A stretch of DNA of 64,000 bases from an uncultured Gemmatimonadales bacterium (lineage in GTDB: Bacteria > Gemmatimonadota > Gemmatimonadetes > Longimicrobiales > RSA9). The notes beneath the pieces were generated by a model. That model made no database searches. It saw nothing but the letters and a program-made list of their open reading frames with translations, and was not told where the DNA came from. Positions 1 to 8,037 of this stretch are shown piece by piece. A program made the position numbers and the translations under genes. The stretch lies in the NCBI GenBank assembly GCA_963816355.1, contig CAWFKH010000005.1, positions 64,001 through 128,000 on the forward strand, written 5' to 3'. How positions within the stretch are numbered: position 1 is the stretch's first letter; each line of letters opens with the position of its first letter.

Positions 1-480
1 GCGCGCGGCGTAGGCGCGAGCGCCGTCGAAGGCGGTGTCGAGCGGTGCGACCGTCACGCCCAGGACGCGCAGGCGGTCGTCCGGCACCGGGCGCGGGTCG
101 CCCGCCGGATCGGTGCCCGGCGCGAGCGAAGCTTCCAGCCACACGGCCGGCGCCGTCCGGCCGCCGTCCCCCTGCAGCTCGGGGACCGTGTCCGGCGCGC
201 AGGCGCCGCGGCACGTGAGCGCCGTGTCGCCGAAGATGTGCAGACGGACGTCGAGCACCGCCGGCTTGCGACCCGCCGGCCCCTCCGGCGTGACGAAGTC
301 GACGCACGCCGCGGCCGCGAGCGCGAGGGCGGCCGCCGCGAGCGCGGCGCGGATACGGGCGGGCGCCGCAGCCGGTGCCGCAGCCGGTGCCGCGGCGAGG
401 ATCCGCGCGAAGGCCTCGGCCGGTGCCGCGGCGAGGATCCGCGCGAAGGCCTCGGCCGGGCGACGCCGCCGCGCGCGCAC
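1..480 (-). CDS. Putative lipoprotein, N-terminal part (runs off the left edge)
   Basis: Not in the ORF track. Open minus frame from GTG at 480 to position 1; Arg-rich N-terminus, then LAAAALALAAAAC|VDFVTPE lipobox-like signal. Confidence 0.55.
   Translation of the reverse strand, partial: MRARRRRPAEAFARILAAAPAEAFARILAAAPAAAPAAAPARIRAALAAAALALAAAACVDFVTPEGPAGRKPAVLDVRLHIFGDTALTCRGACAPDTVPELQGDGGRTAPAVWLEASLAPGTDPAGDPRPVPDDRLRVLGVTVAPLDTAFDGARAYAAR
384..459. repeat. 36-bp tandem duplication (PAEAFARILAAA x2)
   Basis: ccggtgccgcggcgaggatccgcgcgaaggcctcgg at 384 and 420. Confidence 0.9.
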
Positions 481-500
481 AGGTGGCGGCGCCCCCCGTC

Positions 501-1424
501 TCACCGGCCCTCGAGGAAGTTCGCCTCGAGCTCCCACGGACGCTGGCCGTAGTGCGGCACGAGCGCCGACAGCGCGTTGAGGATCGGATCGCCCAGGCCG
601 ACGCCGATCCGGCGCAGCGCCCCGCCGCGCGGCGCGAGCCGTGAATGGATGAACTCCTCCAGCGGACCGCCCCACGCGATCGTGAAGAAGTCGTTCTGCG
701 CGACGTGAACGCGCTCGTGCGCGAAGACGCGGCGGCTGTAGGAGATCCCGAAGCGTGGCACCTCGCTCAGCCACACCGAGGACGCCAGCTCGACGCCCGT
801 GGCCGGCTGAGCGCCGGTGAGCCTGGAGCGGAACAGCAGCCCGCTCGCGCGAAAGACCGGCGCGCCCGCCGACAGGCTCGCGGCCACGTCCAGGTCGAGG
901 CGGTCCTGCGCCACACCGTACGCCAGCACCGCGAGCGGTACGAGGTCGATGCGCCCGTCCAGGCGGGTGCGCCCGCCCGCCCGGTCCAGCCGCACCCACC
1001 CCACCATCACGGGCAGGTCGATCCGCTCCAGCGTCGCGCGCCCCGCCCCCGCGTTCGCGACCACGGACGAACCCACGGCGGCCACCTCGCGCCCCAGCAG
1101 GCCGGCGCCGTCGAAGCGCCCGACGGCAAGCCGTTTCCCGGCGTAGACGACGCCGCCCCCCAGCGCCCCGCGCGTGAAGCCGTCCTCGAAGGAGCCGTGG
1201 CGCAGCCACCGGGACACGCCGGCCGTCAACGCGCCGAGCAGCACGTTGCCGCTGAAGACCGTGAACTCGCCCACCCAGCCCGGATAGATCGACGGGCCGG
1301 CGTCACCCGGCGGCGGCAACGCCTGTCCGCGCGCCGCCGCCGGCGCCGTCGCGAGCAGCGCCGCCGCCGTCGCCAGCACGGCGGCGGCCCGCGCGCCCGC
1401 CGCGGCCCCGGCGCGTCGCGGCAT
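501..1424 (-). CDS. Hypothetical exported/membrane protein with C-terminal HExxH (HERVH)
   Basis: ORF 501..1535 trimmed to ATG at 1424 (MPRRAG...); signal-peptide-like N-terminus; HERVH...PWELEA resembles a metallopeptidase-like motif. Confidence 0.6.
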   Translation of the reverse strand: MPRRAGAAAGARAAAVLATAAALLATAPAAARGQALPPPGDAGPSIYPGWVGEFTVFSGNVLLGALTAGVSRWLRHGSFEDGFTRGALGGGVVYAGKRLAVGRFDGAGLLGREVAAVGSSVVANAGAGRATLERIDLPVMVGWVRLDRAGGRTRLDGRIDLVPLAVLAYGVAQDRLDLDVAASLSAGAPVFRASGLLFRSRLTGAQPATGVELASSVWLSEVPRFGISYSRRVFAHERVHVAQNDFFTIAWGGPLEEFIHSRLAPRGGALRRIGVGLGDPILNALSALVPHYGQRPWELEANFLEGR

Positions 1425-1441
1425 CGCGAGGCGAGTGGAGG

Positions 1442-1816
1442 TCAGGCCTCCTCCTCCGAGGCGCGCTCGTGGTCGATGCAGAGCGTCGCCCACGGCACCA
1501 CCTCGAGCCGCTCCAGGTCGATCTCGCGGCCGCACTCCTGGCAGCGTCCGTAGCGATCCGGCTCCTTGTAGAGCGTGCGCAGCGCGTCGTCGATCCGGTA
1601 GAGCTGCCGCCCCTCGTTGCTCGCGAGCAGGTACTCCTTCTCCTGCTCCATCGTGTCCGTGCCCTCGTCGGCCATGTGCAGCGGGTAGCGCGTCAGGTCG
1701 CCGTCGCCCTCCTCCTGGTTGATGAGCGTGTCGTCGAACTCCTCGAGGTTCTCGAGGACCTCCGCCCTCTCTTCCAGGAGCCGCTGCTCGAAGTGCTTCC
1801 TCTGGTCGTCCGTCAT
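1442..1816 (-). CDS. TraR/DksA family zinc-finger protein
   Basis: C-terminal 124 aa of the 1551-aa track ORF: coiled coil, HMADEGTD, RIDDAL...YGRCQECGREIDLERLEVVPWATLCIDH. ATGA overlap with the upstream gene. Confidence 0.9.
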   Translation of the reverse strand: MTDDQRKHFEQRLLEERAEVLENLEEFDDTLINQEEGDGDLTRYPLHMADEGTDTMEQEKEYLLASNEGRQLYRIDDALRTLYKEPDRYGRCQECGREIDLERLEVVPWATLCIDHERASEEEA

Positions 1817-3057
1817 CGCTCGCTTCTTCCTCCTGGAGTCGTGTCGCGGCTCGCCGTGAGCCGGCGCGTGGTGTCGCGCCGGGCCTGCATCGTGTCCGCC
1901 CTGGCGCGTGGGGTGTCCGGCCGGGTCGGCGCCGCCCGCGCCCGCGTCGTGTCCGGCTGCGCCCGCGTCGTGTCCGGCTGCGCCCGCGCCGTGTCCGGCT
2001 GCGCCCGCGTCGTGTCCGCGCTCGCCCGCGCGGAGCCGGTGTCCCTCTGCACGGGGATCGTGGCGTCCGGCGGTGGCCCGGCCGGCGGCGGAGACGGCAG
2101 CAGGTAGGAGGGGATGGGCAGCGCGGCGGCGCGCTCCGCCTCGAAGCGGCCGTCGCCGTCCTGGTCCCACACCTCGAGCTCGGCGGCGCTGTCGCCGTCG
2201 AGGTCGTAGAGGTACTTGCGGGGCTTGCCGCCGAGGCTCAGGGCGAGGACCCGCCCGCCGCCGGTGGTGCGCCAGAGCGTCGTCGCCATCGGCTGCGGCG
2301 CTTCCACCGGCCCGCACAGCGTGGCGCGAGTGCCGACGAGCCGCAGCGGACCGGTCGTGGGCCAGGTTACGCCGCCGCGTCGCACCGTCGCGGGGTAGCG
2401 CGGCAGCGGCGGCCGCGCCGGCGGCACGACGGCCGCGGAGTCCACGCGCACGAAGAGCCGGCCGGCGCGGCGACGGGCGACGTCGCCACCCGAGATCGAG
2501 TAGAAGATGCGCACGTCCTGCAGCGGCGCGCCGCCGGCGCGCGCCACGCGCTCGAACCCGGGGACCGAGTCGCCGCCGACGACGCAGCGGATCTCCGGCA
2601 CGTCGCCGGCGAGCCAGAGCGTGTCCGGCCGCGGCAGGGGCGTCGTCGCGCCGGGCTCCACGCGCGGCAGGCCGCCGCGGATCTCGTAACGGATCAGCGG
2701 CTCCCCCGGCGCGATCGACGCGGTGACGCCGGGCGTGGCTTCCGGCACGAGGAGGCGGTATGCGAGCGGCAGCAGAAGCGAGATGCGCACCGGCTGCACG
2801 GCCTCGGCGGATGCGTTGTGCAGCGCCAGCACCAGCGGCACGAGGGGCCGGCCGGCGCGCTCGCGGCCAGCCACCGCCGCCGGCGCGCGCACGCTGTCGG
2901 CGAAGCGGCCGTCGCCACCGCGGACGGTGAGATCGACCGCCGGGGCGCGGCCGTTCGCGGCGCCGACGGCGAGGAAGAAGGCGACGATCAGGGAGACGAG
3001 CAGGAGCACGAGCAGCGCCGGCCCGCCGATGCCGATCCGTCGCAGAATCTGGAACAT
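1813..3057 (-). CDS. Hypothetical membrane-anchored/exported protein with DxDGDG motifs and a repetitive C-terminal tail
   Basis: N-terminal hydrophobic helix; YDLDGD and WDQDGDG Ca-binding-like motifs; DTTRAQP repeats. Confidence 0.7.
   Translation of the reverse strand: MFQILRRIGIGGPALLVLLLVSLIVAFFLAVGAANGRAPAVDLTVRGGDGRFADSVRAPAAVAGRERAGRPLVPLVLALHNASAEAVQPVRISLLLPLAYRLLVPEATPGVTASIAPGEPLIRYEIRGGLPRVEPGATTPLPRPDTLWLAGDVPEIRCVVGGDSVPGFERVARAGGAPLQDVRIFYSISGGDVARRRAGRLFVRVDSAAVVPPARPPLPRYPATVRRGGVTWPTTGPLRLVGTRATLCGPVEAPQPMATTLWRTTGGGRVLALSLGGKPRKYLYDLDGDSAAELEVWDQDGDGRFEAERAAALPIPSYLLPSPPPAGPPPDATIPVQRDTGSARASADTTRAQPDTARAQPDTTRAQPDTTRARAAPTRPDTPRARADTMQARRDTTRRLTASRDTTPGGRSER
1938..2018. 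repeat. 21-bp tandem repeat, about 3.9 copies (DTTRAQP)
   Basis: Unit gcgcccgcgtcgtgtccggct at 1938, 1959, 1980 and 2001 (partial); degenerate copies extend toward ~1840. Confidence 0.9.
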
Positions 3058-3078
3058 GCCGCGCCCGCCTTCCCGCGA

Positions 3079-4278
3079 TCAGCCCCCAATGTACTTGAGG
3101 CCGCTTCCGGTGTTGAAGAGGACGACCTCCTCGTCGGCGCCGAGCAGGCCGCGGCGCAGCATGTGCGGCACGCACGCCGCCGTGGCGCCGCCCTCCGGCG
3201 CCGCGAAGACGCCGGTCGTGCGGCCGATCGAGCGCACCCACTCGCGCATCTCGTCGTCCGTCACGGCGATCGCCGCGCCGTCGGAGTCGCGGATCGCGCG
3301 CAGGATGAGGAAGTCGCCAACCGCGGACGGGACGCGCAGGCCCGCCGCGTAGGTGGCGGCGTCGCGCCACGGCTCGGCGTGGTCGGCGCCCTCCTCCCAC
3401 GCGCGCACGATCGGCGCGCAGCCCTCCGACTGGACGGAGACCATGCGGGGCCGCCTGCCGTCGATCCAGCCCAGCGCCTCCATCTCCTCGAAAGCCTTCC
3501 ACATGCCGACCAGACCCGTGCCGCCGCCGGTGGGATAGACGATCACGTCCGGAAGCCGGCCGCCGAGCTGCTCGAACAGCTCGTACCCCATCGTCTTCTT
3601 CCCCTCGACCCGGTAGGGCTCCTTGAGCGTCGACACGTCGAACCAGCCGTGCTCCGCCGCCCCCTCCGCCACCACCCGCGCCGCGTCCGTGATCAGTCCC
3701 TCCACGAACCGCAGGTCCGCGCCCAACGCGCGCGTCTCCTCCACGATCGGGCGCGGCGTGTCCGCCGGCACCACGACGTGCGCCCCGATTCCCGCTGCCG
3801 CCGCGTACGCCGCCGTCGCGGAGCCGGCGTTCCCCGCCGACGGGATCGCGACCTCCCTCGCGCCGAGCTCCCACGCCCGCGCGACCGCCATCACGAGGCC
3901 GCGCGCCTTGAAGCTCCCCGTCGGATTCTGGGCTTCGTCCTTGACCCACACCCGCCGCAGCCCCAGCTCGTCCGCCAGCCTCGGCGCAGCGAGCAAGGGC
4001 GTGTACCCTTCGCCGAGCGTCAGCCGCCGCGCCGGGTCGCGCACCGGCAGCACCTCCGCGTAGCGCCACAACGTCGGCTCCCGCCCGCGCAGCGACGCCG
4101 GCGTGAAGCGGCCCCGCAGCGAGGCCAGGTCGTAGCGCGCGTAGAGCGGCTTCGAGCAGCACGGCGACAGCCGGACCAGCGCCTCGCTCTCGTGGCGCGC
4201 GCCGCACGCCGTGCACTCCAGGAACGCGACGCCGGCCGCCGCGCCGTCGCGCGCGCCGACCGCCTCCGTCGCGCTCAT
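3079..4278 (-). CDS. thrC: Threonine synthase (PLP fold type II)
   Basis: CxxC zinc-ribbon N-terminus, LWRYAEVLP, TLGEGYTPL, NPTGSFKARG, SAGNAG, YRVEGKKT, PTGGGTG, FNTGSGLKY. Confidence 0.88.
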   Translation of the reverse strand: MSATEAVGARDGAAAGVAFLECTACGARHESEALVRLSPCCSKPLYARYDLASLRGRFTPASLRGREPTLWRYAEVLPVRDPARRLTLGEGYTPLLAAPRLADELGLRRVWVKDEAQNPTGSFKARGLVMAVARAWELGAREVAIPSAGNAGSATAAYAAAAGIGAHVVVPADTPRPIVEETRALGADLRFVEGLITDAARVVAEGAAEHGWFDVSTLKEPYRVEGKKTMGYELFEQLGGRLPDVIVYPTGGGTGLVGMWKAFEEMEALGWIDGRRPRMVSVQSEGCAPIVRAWEEGADHAEPWRDAATYAAGLRVPSAVGDFLILRAIRDSDGAAIAVTDDEMREWVRSIGRTTGVFAAPEGGATAACVPHMLRRGLLGADEEVVLFNTGSGLKYIGG

Positions 4279-4359
4279 CGGAGCCCTCCCCCCACCTCGA
4301 TGATCCGCCGCATCCGCTCCACTCCCCCGTATCATGTGTCCGGTAAACCCCGCGCCCGC

Positions 4360-5256
4360 TCAGAAGCGCCATCGCCATCCGACGTACACGGCCGAGCCGC
4401 CGCGCGGTCCGGGCAGGAGGTTCACCTCCGGAAGAGAGAGCGCCGCAGAGGACGCCGCCTTCGCATCCGCCCCGCCGCCGCTCGCCCGCTCCGCATAGCG
4501 GTGGGCCACCTCCCGCCCGATCGCGTAGCCGAACACAATGCCGAGAAGCGTGTCCGACGTCCAGTGCTTCTCGCCGATCGTGCGCGCCGCACCGACGCCT
4601 ACCGCGAACGCGTACAGCGCCGGCTCCACCAGGCCCATGTGGAAGCGCTGGTTCCAGAACGTGACGCACGACATGATGTTGGCGACGTGGCCGCCGAAGA
4701 ACGAATGGTAGTCCCACCCCCGGCCGGGGAACGACCACCGGTCCGCCTCTTCGTTGCGCTGGCCGCTCGCCGTCAGCGTCGGCCGCGCCCGCGCCACCGC
4801 CGCGTACACACCCTGGCGCACCAGCGAGCCGGTCACGTCCGCCGTCGTGCAGCCGATCGCCGCGTCCCGCAGGTCGCGCGAATCCACGGCGAAGCCGAGC
4901 ACGTACAACACCGCCGACGTCTCCTCCAGCCGCTCCGTCAGCGCGAGCTGCGCCAGGTGCCCCTCGCCGAACGGCTCGAAGGCGCGCACGACGCCGGCGT
5001 TCTCGTGCCCCCGGATCCAGTCCTGGATCGGGACGTCGGCCAGCGTCGTCGCCGCGTACCCGGCCGCCACCCCCGCCACCGCCGGCAGGTCGCCCGCGTC
5101 CATCCGGAACGGCGACGTCACGACGTGCCACGAGTCGCCGAAGAAGTGGCCGAAGTCCTCCCCCACCGAAGAGAGCGTGCGCTGCGCGCGGGCCGGCGCG
5201 GCGAGCGCGAGCGCGGCGAGCAGCGCGGTGGAGCCGGTACGCAGAACCGGGTGCAT
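4360..5256 (-). CDS. PAP2-family phosphatase-like exported/membrane protein
   Basis: Signal peptide; RARP...SFFGGH...ARTIGEKHWTSD (PAP2 C1-C3 motifs); purine-rich RBS before ATG 5256. Confidence 0.8.
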   Translation of the reverse strand: MHPVLRTGSTALLAALALAAPARAQRTLSSVGEDFGHFFGDSWHVVTSPFRMDAGDLPAVAGVAAGYAATTLADVPIQDWIRGHENAGVVRAFEPFGEGHLAQLALTERLEETSAVLYVLGFAVDSRDLRDAAIGCTTADVTGSLVRQGVYAAVARARPTLTASGQRNEEADRWSFPGRGWDYHSFFGGHVANIMSCVTFWNQRFHMGLVEPALYAFAVGVGAARTIGEKHWTSDTLLGIVFGYAIGREVAHRYAERASGGGADAKAASSAALSLPEVNLLPGPRGGSAVYVGWRWRF

Positions 5257-5473
5257 GCGATGGACCTTTCCCTTGCCGGCGGCCGTTGCCGTATTGCGGA
5301 CGCCGCCGGATGGGGGCAAGATCCAGACCGCGTAACGACTTACGACGGCGACGCGCCGCGCCCCGGCGCCCCAGCCCCCGTAGCGGCGCGGCCGGGACCG
5401 CAAGCACGCCTCGCGGCAACCCTGACGGCCGCAACGGGATCGTACTCACAGACGACGACAGCCGGCGCGGGCA

Positions 5474-6028
5474 ATGCACGAAGAAGACGTCATCGAACGG
5501 GCGAAGGCGGGCGATCCCGATGCGATCCGCTCCCTCTACGCAATGCACGCTGGTCGCGTCTACGCCGTCGCGCGCCGCATCGCGGGTGATGACGCGACCG
5601 CCGAGGACTGGGCCCAGGAGGCGTGGATCCGCGCGATCCGCGCGCTGCCCACCTTCCGCAGCGAGTCCCGCTTCTCGACGTGGCTGCACCGCATCGCCGT
5701 CAACACCGCGCTGCACGGCATGCGCAGCTCCACGCGACGCGTGCGCCGCGAGAAGGTGCTCCGCCTCGAGGCGCACCAGGACGCCCGGCCCGCGAAGCCG
5801 CTGCTGCGCTTCGAGCTGCAGGAGGCGCTCGACGAACTGCCGGACGGAATGCGCAGGATCCTGATCCTGCACGACGTCGAAGGATACACGCACGACGAGA
5901 TCGGGGCGCTGCTCGGAATCGCCGCCGGGACCTCCAAGAGCCAACTGTTCAAGGCCCGCGCCCGGATGCGGTCGCTGCTCGAAACCGAATCGATCGAGAA
6001 GGACGGAGAAGAAGCATGTCTCATCTGA
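5474..6028 (+). CDS. ECF RNA polymerase sigma factor
   Basis: AEDWAQEAWIRA...F...FSTWLHRIAVN (region 2); LHDVEGYTHDEIG.LLGI..GTSKSQLFKAR (region 4). Confidence 0.95.
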   Translation: MHEEDVIERAKAGDPDAIRSLYAMHAGRVYAVARRIAGDDATAEDWAQEAWIRAIRALPTFRSESRFSTWLHRIAVNTALHGMRSSTRRVRREKVLRLEAHQDARPAKPLLRFELQEALDELPDGMRRILILHDVEGYTHDEIGALLGIAAGTSKSQLFKARARMRSLLETESIEKDGEEACLI

Positions 6029-6654
6029 ATATGGAAGCGCTGGCTCGCCTGGTCGACGAGCCGCCCGACCGGCTGGAAGCGGCCCACATCGATGCATGCG
6101 ACGCCTGCGCCGCGATGCTCGATCGGCTGCGCCAGCAGACCGCCGCTCTCGCGAAGCTGCCGGCGATCGAGCCGCACCCCGCCGCGTGGTCCGGCCTCGA
6201 GCGGCGCCTCGCCGCCGAAGGGCTGCTGCGCCGCCGCGTGGTTTCGCCGCGCGCCGCGCGCTGGCTCCGCTACGCCGCCACGATCGCGCTCCTGCTCGCC
6301 TCCGGCGCCACCGGCGCGGTGCTCGAGGCTCGCTTCGGCGGACCCCGTGACACCGCGAGCGTCGCGACCGCGGGGCCGCCGATGACCGCGCCGGAAGCGA
6401 GCGAGCGCCTTCGTCTCTCGGAGCAGGCGTACCTCACGGCGCTCACGGATTACAACCGCATCGTCGCGCCGGAATCCAGCGTCGACGCGCCCACGCGCCT
6501 CGCCGCGCTCGACGCGATCGTCCTCACCACGCAGGCCGCGCTCGACCGCGCGCCCGCGGACCCCGTGATCAATGGCTACCATCTGACCGCGCTCGCCCAG
6601 CGGGAGGCGACGCTGAAGCGCCTCGCCGCCGCCCGCGACGAGCCGTGGTTCTGA
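6016..6654 (+). CDS. Putative zinc-binding membrane anti-sigma factor
   Basis: Overlaps the sigma stop; H...HIDACDAC (HxxxCxxC) motif, one transmembrane helix, helical C-terminal domain. Confidence 0.8.
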   Translation: MSHLNMEALARLVDEPPDRLEAAHIDACDACAAMLDRLRQQTAALAKLPAIEPHPAAWSGLERRLAAEGLLRRRVVSPRAARWLRYAATIALLLASGATGAVLEARFGGPRDTASVATAGPPMTAPEASERLRLSEQAYLTALTDYNRIVAPESSVDAPTRLAALDAIVLTTQAALDRAPADPVINGYHLTALAQREATLKRLAAARDEPWF

Positions 6655-6679
6655 GCATCCGATGAGAAGGAGGACGTCC

Positions 6680-7870
6680 ATGTCCGCAGCAATCGTCTCC
6701 GGGACCGCGCCGCTCGTTCGGCGCGATGGGGCGCGCCGGCCGGCCGCACGAGCCCCGCGGCCCTCGCCGCGCCGGAGGTTCGCAGCCGCCGCGCTGGCGG
6801 CGATCGGCCTCGCGCTCGCCGCCGCGGCGCCCGCGGCCGCCCAACGCACCGTCACGCTTTCGTCCGTGCCGCGGGCGTGGCTCGGCTTCTCCTACGTCAC
6901 TGCGGAGCGGAGCACCGACGGCGCGAAGAAGCCGCGGCCGGGCGTGGAGGTGCAGCGCGTGGAGGAGGACTCGCCCGCCGCGCGCGCCGGGCTGCGCGTT
7001 GGCGACCGCATCCTCAGCGTGAACGGGATCAAGGCGACGCCGCAGCTCCTCGGCTCGCTCTCCTCCTCCCTCGATCCCGGCGACGCCGTGCGCCTGCGAA
7101 TCGAGCGGGAGGGTCATCAGAGCGACGTCCAGGTGACCGCGGCGGCGCCGCCGGATTGGCTCAAGCGGCGGCAGACCGTCGTGATCCTCGACGGCGACTC
7201 GATCCGCCAGCAGGTGCGCGTCTTCCTCGACTCGGCACGCACGGCCGTCGAGCGCATCCGGATCCCGCGCATCGAGGTGCTGACGGACTCCGGCTCCGCG
7301 TGGACGCTGAACCTGGACGGTGACACGGTGCTCGTGCGCAGCGGCGCCCGCTTGCGGCTGTTTGCCGACTCCGCCTTCGGCGGCGGCTTCGGCCCCACCG
7401 TGTTCCGGTGGTCCGGCCCCGACTCCACCTTGCTCCGCGCCGGACGGGCGCAGTGGATCGACGTCGACTCCTCCGGCCGCAACTTCGTCTGGGCCGGCCC
7501 GAACGCCTTCGTATTCCGCAACGGCGCGACGGACTCGACGTTCGACTTCACCACTCCGGCGGACCTGCTCAACCTGCAGATCCGGACCGGCATGCATTCG
7601 GTCGCCGGCGCCGAGTTCGCCGTGGTCAATCCGGACCTCGGCGCCTACTTCGGCGTCGACACCGGCGTCCTCGTCACGCGCGTTTCCCGCACCTCGCCCG
7701 CCGCGCGCGCGGGCCTGCGCGCCGGTGACATCGTCGTGAAGGCCGGCGGACGGCCGGTGCAGGACGTGAGCGACCTGCGCGCCGCGGTCCGCCGCGCCGC
7801 CTCGAAGCCGCTCGAGATCGAGATCGTGCGGCGGAAGGAGCACCGGACGCTCACGCTGCCCCGCGACTGA
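6680..7870 (+). CDS. Exported protein with two PDZ domains and no protease domain
   Basis: AGGAGG RBS; signal peptide; WLGFS...V.EDSPAARAGLRVGDRILSVNG and GVLVTRV..SPAARAGLRAGDIVV. Confidence 0.85.
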   Translation: MSAAIVSGTAPLVRRDGARRPAARAPRPSPRRRFAAAALAAIGLALAAAAPAAAQRTVTLSSVPRAWLGFSYVTAERSTDGAKKPRPGVEVQRVEEDSPAARAGLRVGDRILSVNGIKATPQLLGSLSSSLDPGDAVRLRIEREGHQSDVQVTAAAPPDWLKRRQTVVILDGDSIRQQVRVFLDSARTAVERIRIPRIEVLTDSGSAWTLNLDGDTVLVRSGARLRLFADSAFGGGFGPTVFRWSGPDSTLLRAGRAQWIDVDSSGRNFVWAGPNAFVFRNGATDSTFDFTTPADLLNLQIRTGMHSVAGAEFAVVNPDLGAYFGVDTGVLVTRVSRTSPAARAGLRAGDIVVKAGGRPVQDVSDLRAAVRRAASKPLEIEIVRRKEHRTLTLPRD

Positions 7871-7945
7871 CAGAGATCGCGGCCGCGCCCCGCCGGCTGC
7901 GGCCGCCGTCGCGGCGACCGCAGCCGCGCCACGCCGCCTCCCATC

Positions 7946-7988
7946 GGGATCGGGCGCCGGTCCATCTTCCGGACCGGCGCCCGATCCC
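7946..7988. terminator. Perfect 18-bp-stem hairpin (terminator-like, no U tract)
   Basis: gggatcgggcgccggtcc-atcttcc-ggaccggcgcccgatccc; a second imperfect hairpin lies at 7894..7926. Confidence 0.55.
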
Positions 7989-8037
7989 CTACCTTCAGCG
8001 CGGATCCCGTACGCTCGCCCTCGCGACCCGACGACCG

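Noticed and set aside
1938..2018. Short repeats as a CRISPR array
   Set aside because: Contiguous in-frame tandem units with no spacers and no cas genes.
5416..5444. GCAAC...CGTA as an autoregulated ECF promoter
   Set aside because: The 20-nt spacer is too long for typical ECF promoters.
1442..6097. 1551-aa minus-strand ORF, and other giant ORFs such as 2818..5589, 20628..23606, 43910..46273 and 58225..60615
   Set aside because: Arg/Gly/Ala/Pro-rich shadow frames caused by stop-codon scarcity at very high GC. They overlap well-supported genes; only their terminal parts (e.g. DksA, kinase) are real.
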